In this document: one piece after another, positions 21,233 through 29,780 of the stretch
Numbering within the stretch: the first letter of the stretch is position 1
Layout: every line of letters starts with the position of its first letter
From: Alphaproteobacteria bacterium
GTDB lineage: Bacteria > Pseudomonadota > Alphaproteobacteria > UBA828
Length of the DNA stretch: 64,000 nucleotides
Assembly: GCA_963422645.2 (NCBI GenBank)
Contig: CAXXVO010000012.1
Coordinates: 96,001-160,000, forward strand
Reading direction: 5' to 3'
The notes under the pieces: model-generated
What the model saw: the letters and a program-made list of their open reading frames with translations, nothing else
Databases searched by the model: none
Told to the model about the DNA's origin: nothing
Made by a program: the position numbers and the translations under genes

Positions 21233-22258
21233 TTAGCGAGCGGCCAGTAACACGCCTGTGGCCCTCGCGCTCGCTGCCATGGCGGCGAGCGCGAGCAGGG
21301 CGGCGAGGCTCGCGGTCGAGACGCCGGAGAGACCGGCGCCGACCGTGCAGCCGCCCGCCAGCACGCCGCCCACGCCCATCATCACGGCGCCGGCGAGGTA
21401 GCGTCCGGTCTGCCGCGGCCCCTCCAGGCTTTGCCAGCGGAATTCGCCGGCCGCCAGCGCCGCGGCCAGGCTGCCGAGAAGGACGCCCGCCGCGAGGCCG
21501 GTGCCGAAGCCGGCCGGAATCGAGGTCGCCGCCACGGCCCAGAAGAGCGTGTCCGCCATCGGGCCGGTGAAGCCCATGGACTGTGCGGGGATCGGGTCGA
21601 AATCGTCCAGCAGCACGAACCCCGTGCCGATCCAGCCGAGCGGCACCAGCAGCCCGATTGCGGCCGCCATCGCCAGATGCGAGATCCGCGCACGGGAGAA
21701 GAGCGCGAAGAGAAACGCGGCGCCCGCAATGATGAGCGGCCAGACCTCGCCCCCGGGCCAGGCCGAGAGCGCGGACACCGCGCCGCCGGGAAGGGTGGCG
21801 TCGCCCACCGCCACGCGGATCGGCGCCAGCGCGCCTTTCATTACCGCATGGGCGGTGACGGCGAAGACGATCAGTACGAGCAGTGCGCGCAGATTGCCGG
21901 TGCCGACCAGCACCGTGAGGCGCGAGACGCAGCCCCCCGTTAGCACCATGCCGGCCCCGAAGAGCGCCCCGCCCAGAAGCACGGACGCGACCGGCAGGTC
22001 GGCCGCGAGAAAGCGGTGCGCTTCGAGGGAGATCAGGTCCAGGGCGACCGCGAGCCGGGTGCCGGCGATCGCCGTCGCCAGCGCCATGACCCAGGTGCCA
22101 AGCGCCGGCAGGCAGTCGCGCCACTCGCCCACCAGGCTGCGGCGCAGGCAGAAGGCGCTGCGCTGCGCCAGCGCGCCGTAGGCCAAGCCCAGCACCAGCC
22201 CCAGCAGGACAGAGGCCGTGATCGGCGTCAGCTCCTCGAACCCGAACTCCTCGAACAT
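21233..22258 (-). CDS. YeeE/YedE family sulfur-compound transporter
   Basis: FCLR, GMVL.GGC, GG.LAGGC.VG Cys motifs; multi-TM. Confidence 0.88.
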   Translation of the reverse strand: MFEEFGFEELTPITASVLLGLVLGLAYGALAQRSAFCLRRSLVGEWRDCLPALGTWVMALATAIAGTRLAVALDLISLEAHRFLAADLPVASVLLGGALFGAGMVLTGGCVSRLTVLVGTGNLRALLVLIVFAVTAHAVMKGALAPIRVAVGDATLPGGAVSALSAWPGGEVWPLIIAGAAFLFALFSRARISHLAMAAAIGLLVPLGWIGTGFVLLDDFDPIPAQSMGFTGPMADTLFWAVAATSIPAGFGTGLAAGVLLGSLAAALAAGEFRWQSLEGPRQTGRYLAGAVMMGVGGVLAGGCTVGAGLSGVSTASLAALLALAAMAASARATGVLLAAR

Positions 22259-22310
22259 GGGGAAGCGCCTCCTCCCGGCCGGGACGCCGTCGGGGCGTCC
22301 TCACCGACGG

Positions 22311-22339
22311 TTGAGTTCACGGCCGTTCTGGGCTATCTC
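22311..22339 (+). promoter_or_regulatory. Putative tRNA promoter
   Basis: TTGAGT-N17-TATCTC ending 11 nt upstream of the tRNA. Confidence 0.45.
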
Positions 22340-22350
22340 CAGTGAGCCGC

Positions 22351-22426
22351 GTCCCCATCGTCTAGTGGCCTAGGACACCGGCCTCTCACGCCGGAAACGG
22401 GGGTTCGAGTCCCCCTGGGGACGCCA
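22351..22426 (+). tRNA. tRNA-Glu (anticodon CTC)
   Basis: Acceptor stem GTCCCCA/TGGGGAC, anticodon arm CCGGC-CT-CTC-AC-GCCGG, GTTCGAGTCC T-loop, encoded CCA. Confidence 0.97.
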
Positions 22427-22521
22427 TCTATTCCGATTTTCTGGCGCTTGTCACGGGCCTAGGCCCGCTGACCCCTCTGCGCCGTCCATATCGCGCCCGC
22501 CCTTGAGGGACATGATTAGGG

Positions 22522-22728
22522 GGGTAAAGAGGGCCGGACCGCAGGTCCGGAGCGCGCGACTGCGCGCCGCGCCGAATGGCGCGTAGGCAAGCGAACGGAG
22601 TGAGCGCCCGCCGTCGAGGGAAATGAATAAGGGTAAAGAGAACCGGACCGCAGGTCCGAAGCGCGCGCCTGCGCGCCGCGCCGAATGGCGCGTAGGCAAG
22701 CGAGCGGAGCGCGCGCCCGCCGTCGAGG
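22522..22728. repeat. Tandem 109-bp-period repeat (two near-complete copies)
   Basis: GGGTAAAGAG..CCGGACCGCAGGTCCG..GCCGAATGGCGCGTAGGCAAGCG..CGCCCGCCGTCGAGG at 22522 and 22631. Confidence 0.9.
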
Positions 22729-22781
22729 TTTAAAAAAACTAGCGCCCGGCTACGGCCGATAGGTCGATCCCGCCCCGTCCC

Positions 22782-23766
22782 TCACCATGCCGAGGGGTCG
22801 AGGGGAATCTCCGGTGGCCACAACTCGCCGCCCCAGGCCCAGCGATTGGGGCGCGCGATATGCGGAACGTCGTCCGCGTCCTGCGCTCTGCGCGCGTGGC
22901 CGACATCGTGCGCTCTGCGCGCGTGGCCCATATCCTGTTCTTCGCACGCAGCTCCCGCGTCGGGGGCCTCTCGTGCGTCCTCCGGGTCGCGCTCTTCATG
23001 CGCGTCTTCGGAGAGATGCGCGTCCCGCGCGCCGCCCCCATCGTGCGCTCCGCGCACGTGGCCCACATCGTGCGCTTCCGGCTCTCCCCAGGCGAAATGC
23101 CCGGCGCTCGAGTCCGGCGATGGCTCCGGCGGGGCGGCCTCGGGCCCGGCAGGCGCGTTGGCATCCGGCCAGGCCTCCCACGGCTTCGAGCCGAGGCGCT
23201 CGGGGTGGAACCCCGCCTTGATGGCCGGGCCGAGGAGGGCCCTCATTTCCTGCGTGGAAGGGGGCTTGCGCGGGGCCTGAGGAGCGGCGCTCTCGGCCGC
23301 CGTCCGCTCCCCTTTGAGGCGGTGCTTGTCGACGACTTCGATGCGGTGGAGCGCAAGCGCAAGACACGCGATCTCGTCCGGCGAAGGCGGCTCCTCGCGC
23401 GCGGCGAGCTCGCCCATCTTGAGCAGCAAGAGCGACCGCACGCCCTCGACGGCGAGGCGTGCGGTGTGATTCTCTCTACCGGGTCCCTGCCTCTCCGCCC
23501 ATTCCGCGGCTTGGGCGCTGACCTCGCGCTGCAGGTCGATCAGGCCGTGAATGTGTGCGGTGAAGAAGTCGTCGGCGGAATCCGAGCTCTCACCCTCGTG
23601 CGGATCCGCGCGGAGGAACGCGGTCGGGCGAATACTTGCCGCGATTGCGTCGACGGCAGCACCGTCTTCGATCTCTGCCGCAGCGCCCTCCCGGCCCGCG
23701 TCCTGCGCCGGCTCGCCCGCCGAGCCCCCGCCCGTCTCGCCCCTGCCGCCCTGTCGCCTCATCATG
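22782..23766 (-). CDS. Hypothetical protein, possible DUF3486/Mu gp27-like core with His/Asp-rich C-terminal repeats
   Basis: Helical core (RLAVEGVRSLLL..LALALHRIE..DK) and 9-aa repeats AHDVGHARR; start uncertain. Confidence 0.45.
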
Positions 23767-23850
23767 CCCCGCCGCCTGCGTCGCTCGCGATTCATGCCGC
23801 GATCCTGACGCGTCCGCCTCCGCCCTGTGCACCGCACCATGGTGCGGGGG

Positions 23851-23921
23851 GTCGCTCGCGCCCGAAGGGTCGCGAGCGCGAAACAAGTCGCTCGCGCCCG
23901 AAGGCTCGCGAGCGCGAAACA
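23851..23921. repeat. Two tandem 36-bp palindromic units
   Basis: GTCGCTCGCGCCCGAAGG(G/C)TCGCGAGCGCGAAACA at 23851 and 23887. Confidence 0.85.
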
Positions 23922-24021
23922 CAAAAGCCGCGGGTCGCGCACGCCCCCACCACAGGTCATGCCCCGACATGCCCGGACTCGTTCCGGGTATCCGGGCATC
24001 CCTCGCCACCAACCGCCACTT

Positions 24022-24057
24022 CGTCATGCCCGGACTTGATCCGGGCATCCACGGCTT
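24022..24057 (+). repeat. CGTC-type palindromic repeat, left arm flanking the GIY-YIG gene
   Basis: CGTCATGCCCGGACTTGATCCGGGCATCCACGGCTT; a degenerate copy lies at about 23956-24001. Confidence 0.9.
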
Positions 24058-24066
24058 CCTGCAAGG

Positions 24067-24360
24067 CTACGGCAGGGTTTCGAAAAGATCGTCCCAATTG
24101 GGGTTCTGTTTGCGGATGAGTCTGACCTTCCAGGCGCGCGGCCAGTGCTTCAAGGTCCGCTCTCGCTGAATGGCTGCGGCGATTTCCTCGTGCCGTTCCG
24201 CGTAGACAAGCCGGGTCAGGTCGTACCGCTTGGTGAACCCTTCAAGCAGTCCTTCGCGATGTTCCCACGCCCTGCGCACGATGTTGCTGGTCATGCCGAG
24301 ATAGAGCGTGCCGTTGGGTCGATTGGTCATGATGTAGACCCAGCCCGCGCCCTTTCTCAT
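24067..24360 (-). CDS. Stand-alone GIY-YIG nuclease (97 aa)
   Basis: WVYIMTN..NGTLYLGMT.NIVRR..EH, FTKRY....LVY.E, AIQRE..LK.W.R.WK..LI...NP.W.DL. Confidence 0.92.
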   Translation of the reverse strand: MRKGAGWVYIMTNRPNGTLYLGMTSNIVRRAWEHREGLLEGFTKRYDLTRLVYAERHEEIAAAIQRERTLKHWPRAWKVRLIRKQNPNWDDLFETLP

Positions 24361-24373
24361 GTCCTTATGCTGC

Positions 24374-24409
24374 AAGCCGTGGATGCCCGGAACAAGTCCG
24401 GGCATGACG
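24374..24409 (-). repeat. CGTC-type palindromic repeat, right arm (inverted)
   Basis: Reverse complement matches the left arm at 35/36 nt. Confidence 0.9.
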
Positions 24410-24421
24410 ATGCAAGGAACC

Positions 24422-24685
24422 GGCCTTGCGGATGCGGGCATCATGGCGAAGCGCGCCATGCGGGAGCCCGGCGAGATGTGCCCGACGCCCGCCCACGACA
24501 TGCCGACCGAGACGATCCGGGCCCTCCGCCCGCACGAGACCGCCAGTCAAGCGGTGCTCGCGCGTCACCCGAACGTGACCACGAGACTGGTGAGCCAGCT
24601 GGAGCGGGGCGAGAAACGCCCTCGCGGCGCCTCTCTCAAGCTCCTGACCCTGGTGGCGAAGAGGGGCCTCAGCGCGGTCGTGTGA
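24422..24685 (+). pseudogene. Degenerate XRE/HigA-like antitoxin, 5' truncated
   Basis: IRALR..E.ASQAV.AR..NV...LVSQ.ERGEKRP.G.SLKLL HTH; no intact N-terminus and no toxin partner. Confidence 0.65.
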
Positions 24686-24746
24686 GGGTGGTTGCTGGAC
24701 AACACGCAACAGTTGTGAAGTAACGGCGCACGAGCCATCATAAAAT

Positions 24747-27260
24747 CAGACTTCCTGACCTCGTGATGCTGGCTGTTCTGGGCAGCGTGCCGGGAACCCC
24801 TTGAATTCTGATACATTTCGGTTGTTTCAGGCGGTTTTTCGCTGGGTGTCGCGCCCGAGGTCTGATATTATAATTTGATACCAATTGCACGGTCTCAACC
24901 ATGCCCAGTACCCTCCCAATGTGCCCTCCAGAGGCGGTCTCGATCGGCAACAGCTGCTTCGCCGTCCTGATCTCGGACGACACCTTCACCTACTTTTCCA
25001 ACCTCATTCCCTTTGACAGCCACGCCGCCGATGACCGCACGGCCATGCTCTTGCGGATCGGCCGCCTCGCGGCGATCAGCGCGGTCTCGCCGCAGGAACT
25101 GGCTGACGCTTTCGCTGTCTCGCGCGCGACGGTGCAGCGCGCACGACGGCGCTACCTGGCCGAGGGCGAAGCGGGGTTCATGAAGCCCCGGCGCGGTCGC
25201 GGGCCGTCGGTGTTCACTCCGGAGTTGGCGGAGAAGGCGACGGCGTTGCTGGCATCGGGCCTGAGCGGCTCTGCGGCGGCCCGGGTTCTCGGCGTGTCAG
25301 CGCCATCGGTCAACAAGTGGCGCCGTCAGGGACTGATCGGCAACACGGAGGCGGATGGGGAGCCCGGACGCTCAGCGCTGGCTGCGCCGCCTGACGCGGG
25401 TGCGGCTCCTGAAGGCCGTGTCGATGAAGAGAGTACCGGTGCCCCGGGGCCGGAGACGGCGCCGGGGCTGGAAGCGCAGCCGCAAACGGATCGCAGCGCG
25501 CGCGATCGGCGGGACCGGCAGGCGCCGATGGGGCGTGCGACTTGCGATGTTCCGGCTCGGGTTCTGGCCAGTTGTGGACAGGCGGGGCCGGTCGAACCGC
25601 AGTTCGCCGCCGCCGCCCGCGGTGTCCGCTTCGGCGGCGTGCTCGCCGCCCTGCCGGCCCTGCTGAAGGAAGGTCTTCTCTCCGAGACCGGTCTCCTGCC
25701 ATTGCTGCCGAAGGGCTATTACGGCTTGCCTACGATCCTGCTCTTCCTGGCCTTCATGACCTTGGCGCGGGTGCGCAACCCCGAGAGCCTGCGCTACCAG
25801 GCGCCGGGCGAATGGGGCGCCATTCTCGGCCTCGATCGCTGCCCCGAGGTCAAGACGCTGCGCCGCAAGATCGCTCTCATCGCCGACGACGAGGCCGGCG
25901 TGCGGGCGTGGCAGCTCGCCCTTGCCAGGCGCTGGCAAGGCGCCGACGAGCCGGAGCTCTGGGCGACGCTGGCCATCGACGGGCACGTCAAGGTCTACTC
26001 CGGCCGCAAGGGGCGCTTGCCCAAGCACTTCGTCTCGCGCGAGAAGCTGTGCCTGCCGGCGAGCGCCAGCTACTGGATCAACGCTCTGGGCGGCAAGCCG
26101 CTGCTCTGTCTGCACAAGCCGCTGGACCCGAAGATGGTCGCGGCCATCGAAGCCGACGTGGTGCCGGCGCTGCAGGAGCTTGGGATCGTTGGCGCCGGGG
26201 CGCCGGACCTGACCGCCGAGCATCCCGGCCAGCCGGCGCTCACCCTGGTCTTCGACCGCGAGGGCTGGAGCCCGGATCTGTTCCGCCGGCTGGCGAGGCG
26301 CGGCGTCGCCTGCCTGACCTGGCACAAGAACTTCAGGGGCGAGGACTGGCCGGCCGAGGACTTCGGCGCGATGACCGTTCCCATTCACGGACCGGCGGCG
26401 GACGGCAGCGCCACCATGCGGCTGGCTGAGAAGCCGGTGACGTTGCCGAACGGCTTCAGGGTGCGCCAGATCCGCCGCCTGCTCGACAACGGCCGTCAGG
26501 TGCCGCTGATCACCACCGATCCGCACAAGCCGATGGCTGAGGTTGCGGGCGCCATGTTCTCGCGCTGGTCGCAGGAGAACTTCTTCAAGTACATGCGTGA
26601 CGAGTTCAATCTCGACGCCCTGCCGACCCACGAGCTCGAGCCTCTCGATCCCGCCGCCATGGTCGTCAACCCGCTGCGGCGGGCCTATGACAAGGCAATC
26701 CATCGCCTCGACCGCCAGCTTGGCCGCCTGCGCAACCGCATCGCCGACACGGCCCGGAAGAAGCAGCCGACGGCGGAACTCAGGAGGGAAGTCAGGGACC
26801 TCCAGGATGTCCGCGACATCGTCAGGGCCAGCCGCAGGGAGACGCCCAAGCACTGCCGGGCCGGCGACCTCGACGAAGCCGAGCAGCTCGATGCCTTGCC
26901 CGCGCGCGAGCGCCTCCTCCTCGACGTCATCCGGATGATCGCCTACCGCGCCGAAACCCGCATGATGCTTCCCGTCATGCAGGCGCAGGGCCACAAGCCC
27001 CATCCCCGGAAACTGCTTCAAGCGCTGCTCACCGCCGATGCCGACATCCTGCCGGATCCTGGCAATGGCCTCCTGCGGGTCCACATTCTTGGCCTCGCAA
27101 ACGACGCCTGCGACCGTTGGATCGATGCGGTTCTGAGCGACCTGAACGCCACCGAAACGGTCTTCCCCGGCACCCGTCTGCGCATAGTCTACGACATCGA
27201 CGGGGCCTCGGAATCCGCGCGGCTCGTGTCACCTAAAATCAGCAGAGGTCAGGAAGTCTG
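24747..27260 (+). mobile_element. Unclassified (ISNCY-like) large IS, copy 2
   Basis: TIR CAGACTTCCTGACCTC; 5-bp flanks AAAAT/AAATT do not match. Confidence 0.9.
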
Positions 27261-27261
27261 A
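24901..27261 (+). CDS. Putative DDE transposase (786 aa) with two N-terminal HTH regions
   Basis: HTH-like segments, IDGHVKVYSG, VFDREGW, RWSQENFF; multi-copy with TIRs. Confidence 0.88.
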   Translation: MPSTLPMCPPEAVSIGNSCFAVLISDDTFTYFSNLIPFDSHAADDRTAMLLRIGRLAAISAVSPQELADAFAVSRATVQRARRRYLAEGEAGFMKPRRGRGPSVFTPELAEKATALLASGLSGSAAARVLGVSAPSVNKWRRQGLIGNTEADGEPGRSALAAPPDAGAAPEGRVDEESTGAPGPETAPGLEAQPQTDRSARDRRDRQAPMGRATCDVPARVLASCGQAGPVEPQFAAAARGVRFGGVLAALPALLKEGLLSETGLLPLLPKGYYGLPTILLFLAFMTLARVRNPESLRYQAPGEWGAILGLDRCPEVKTLRRKIALIADDEAGVRAWQLALARRWQGADEPELWATLAIDGHVKVYSGRKGRLPKHFVSREKLCLPASASYWINALGGKPLLCLHKPLDPKMVAAIEADVVPALQELGIVGAGAPDLTAEHPGQPALTLVFDREGWSPDLFRRLARRGVACLTWHKNFRGEDWPAEDFGAMTVPIHGPAADGSATMRLAEKPVTLPNGFRVRQIRRLLDNGRQVPLITTDPHKPMAEVAGAMFSRWSQENFFKYMRDEFNLDALPTHELEPLDPAAMVVNPLRRAYDKAIHRLDRQLGRLRNRIADTARKKQPTAELRREVRDLQDVRDIVRASRRETPKHCRAGDLDEAEQLDALPARERLLLDVIRMIAYRAETRMMLPVMQAQGHKPHPRKLLQALLTADADILPDPGNGLLRVHILGLANDACDRWIDAVLSDLNATETVFPGTRLRIVYDIDGASESARLVSPKISRGQEV

Positions 27262-27970
27262 AATTATGTCGCTTGGGCAGTTTCAAGCCAATCAATTGTT
27301 CTTGGACGCATTCATCTCTGTTGTTAAGGAGAAGGGGTTTTACGTAACACTTGGCGACTATGACCGTGACAAGAAAATTATCCTCAACGCTTCGGCTAGA
27401 TGAATCTTAGGTAGCATTTCTGTGGGAACAACTGTTGAGAACAACTTGCATCGCTATTGTTGCAGAGGAGACAATTGCGTCGACAGTCGTGTGTCGCGCC
27501 GGGGTCATTTCGCCGTCCTCTCTTACCTTCGGGCGAACGCGGGGGTTGCATCTCACCCGGCGCCGCCGCATCCTGCCGTGGCTCCGGGTGCGCGGAGTCG
27601 TGCCATGAGAGTACCGCGCGTTCCGTGCGCCCGGAGCACCGCGCCTTCGGCGTGACGCAACGAGGAGGTATCGCAATGCCGGCTGACGATCTGAGCCTCG
27701 CGATACGCATCCGTGCCGACACGCAGCAGGCGGCGGACGAGATGGGCAAGTTCAACGGCCGCCTCGACGATGCGGGCGGGCCCCGCCGCGAGAGCGCCGC
27801 AGTCGCGGCCTGTCGCGCGTCCGTCCAAGTCGGACGCGCTCTAAGTCCCAGCGTGGAAGCACCCGATGGACCGCTCCATCCGAATATGCCGCCCGCGCCG
27901 AACAGGCACGCCGCTGCCGCCACTCCATCGCTCGATTGGTTTTGGACCGGTGCACCGCGGGAGGCAGAGG

Positions 27971-28852
27971 CTAACGAACAAGAGGCCGCTCAGGGATGCT
28001 ATTGCTGATCGCAGAGTGAGTGTGGAACTCGCTCTCTATCGAAGCGACCAAATCGTCAACGTCGTTCTCGTCGACCACCTCCGCCTTGAACGGCACTTTC
28101 CCCAGGATCGCCTTGGCCTTTTCGTAGGCGTCCATGAGCGACGTGTCCTGAGGGCGGCCCAGCAAGAAGTGAAGCTCGATCTGCTCGGACGCTCCGTCGT
28201 GAACGGCTGCCAGGTGGCCAAGCCATCTGCGCGCCTTGACCTTGATGCCTTCGGCATCGGCGAGATCCAGTGACAGTGCCTCGTACGCGTGCCACTGTCC
28301 GTTCTTCCACGCCCTCTCGAATTCAATCCGGTCCTGCGCGCCTACCACCGCCTTGGTTTCGAATGGGACGTCGATGCCACGTTCCGTGAGTTTGTCGCGG
28401 ACGGGCCGCCAGATGTCTTCATCCGTCCTGCGTTTGTCCGCCTTGAGGTCGTACCGAGCTACGTAGCGTGTGTAGAGACGCTCGAACGTCTTGGCAGGAT
28501 CAGCGGTCAGCCCTGTCCCGACCGGCGACCACTGGAGTGCACTGTCGTCGTTGGGGAGAACCTTCAAGGCATGACAGCGGGCATCGGCGTCCTCATCGAA
28601 CAAGGGCGCGTTGCTCGCCTGCTTCGCGACAGCCGCAACGCCGCGGTCGACCGCGCGCATGGACATTACGAAGGCACTGCGGTCCAGGTCGGGAAAGGCC
28701 TGCTTCAGCCGGCCGATGGTCTTGCGTGTGCGCACCTTCAGGAACTCGGCCTTCGGCGCGTGCATGACGACGCCGACGTTGAGTGCTTCTCCCGACACGA
28801 CGTCATGGACGTAGCGCAGCACCGTGTAGCTGTAGGCTTGCTTCTCGGTCAT
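27971..28852 (-). CDS. DUF3037-like protein
   Basis: YSYTVLRYVHD...GE.LNVGVV N-terminal signature; overlaps the upstream kinase (ATGA). Confidence 0.8.
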   Translation of the reverse strand: MTEKQAYSYTVLRYVHDVVSGEALNVGVVMHAPKAEFLKVRTRKTIGRLKQAFPDLDRSAFVMSMRAVDRGVAAVAKQASNAPLFDEDADARCHALKVLPNDDSALQWSPVGTGLTADPAKTFERLYTRYVARYDLKADKRRTDEDIWRPVRDKLTERGIDVPFETKAVVGAQDRIEFERAWKNGQWHAYEALSLDLADAEGIKVKARRWLGHLAAVHDGASEQIELHFLLGRPQDTSLMDAYEKAKAILGKVPFKAEVVDENDVDDLVASIESEFHTHSAISNSIPERPLVR

Positions 28853-29643
28853 TGCAGCACCCGTTCCACCTCGGCGATCACTCCGTCAAAATTATCCTTG
28901 GCATCCCGGACCCGGCCCAGCGCCTCGTCGATGGCCGGAAGGGCTTCGCCCCATTCCGGCGGGATCGCCGCTCTGTACTCTGACAGACGATCATCCGATA
29001 TCGCGGACCATAGCGCCGCAAGCGAGGCAAAGTCGAGGCGATGCCGCTTGAGCTCGCTGGCGAAGATGTGTCCGTCGACTTCGCCAAGCCGCCGAAGCGC
29101 GCCGGCTTGCCAGGGAGGTTGCCAGCCTAGCAGTCCCACCGTTCGGGGGAACGCCAACTCGTGATCGATCAGGCGAAGGTCGTTTCCGGATACGAGGCAG
29201 TTCGGGTTTGACGGCCTCCTGTCGGCGTTGTCGATGACGGCGTCGAACACCAGCGCCCCAAGCGCCGCAGGCAGCATGGCATCGGTTACGCGGGTGCCGG
29301 TCGTCCACACACCGAACTGCTTTTCGACACTCTTGGAGCCGAACCCCACAGGAGAGCTATTCTGAAGACGGCTTGCAATGTCGCCATCTTTTAGGGCCGA
29401 AGCCAAATCGGAAGGAATCTCGACAAGATAGGGGGTGGGCACGGGCAAATTCAGGTCAACCGCGAGGCAAGCCGCCACGACTTCCCGAGCCAGATTGACA
29501 ACCCCCTCGAAACAACCTGCCGACAACTTGCAAAAGACCTCGAGCGGCTGATCGGATTCGGCCTCGCACAGCACTATTATTGGTCCAGTCCGTCCAGAAT
29601 ACGCTTGCCGTACCACCTCGTCGGCCGTCACACGGCTGATCAT
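28849..29643 (-). CDS. HipA-like Ser/Thr kinase
   Basis: GRTGP, FCKL, FD..IDNADRR..NPN.L, LIDHELAF. Confidence 0.85.
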   Translation of the reverse strand: MISRVTADEVVRQAYSGRTGPIIVLCEAESDQPLEVFCKLSAGCFEGVVNLAREVVAACLAVDLNLPVPTPYLVEIPSDLASALKDGDIASRLQNSSPVGFGSKSVEKQFGVWTTGTRVTDAMLPAALGALVFDAVIDNADRRPSNPNCLVSGNDLRLIDHELAFPRTVGLLGWQPPWQAGALRRLGEVDGHIFASELKRHRLDFASLAALWSAISDDRLSEYRAAIPPEWGEALPAIDEALGRVRDAKDNFDGVIAEVERVLQ

Positions 29644-29780
29644 CCGGCCTCCCCGGCGAATACCTGCCTCAGCAGGGTGTCCGCGCCTTCTGTATCGCCC
29701 GGTTCGGTCTCATCCTGCTTGGTCTCCGGGCGCGCGGAGCCCCGCGGCCATCGTAACGCGGACCTCCGGCGCGAACAGTT

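Noticed and set aside
22522-24410. CRISPR array
   Set aside because: Only two units per repeat family, no unique spacers of regular length and no cas genes.
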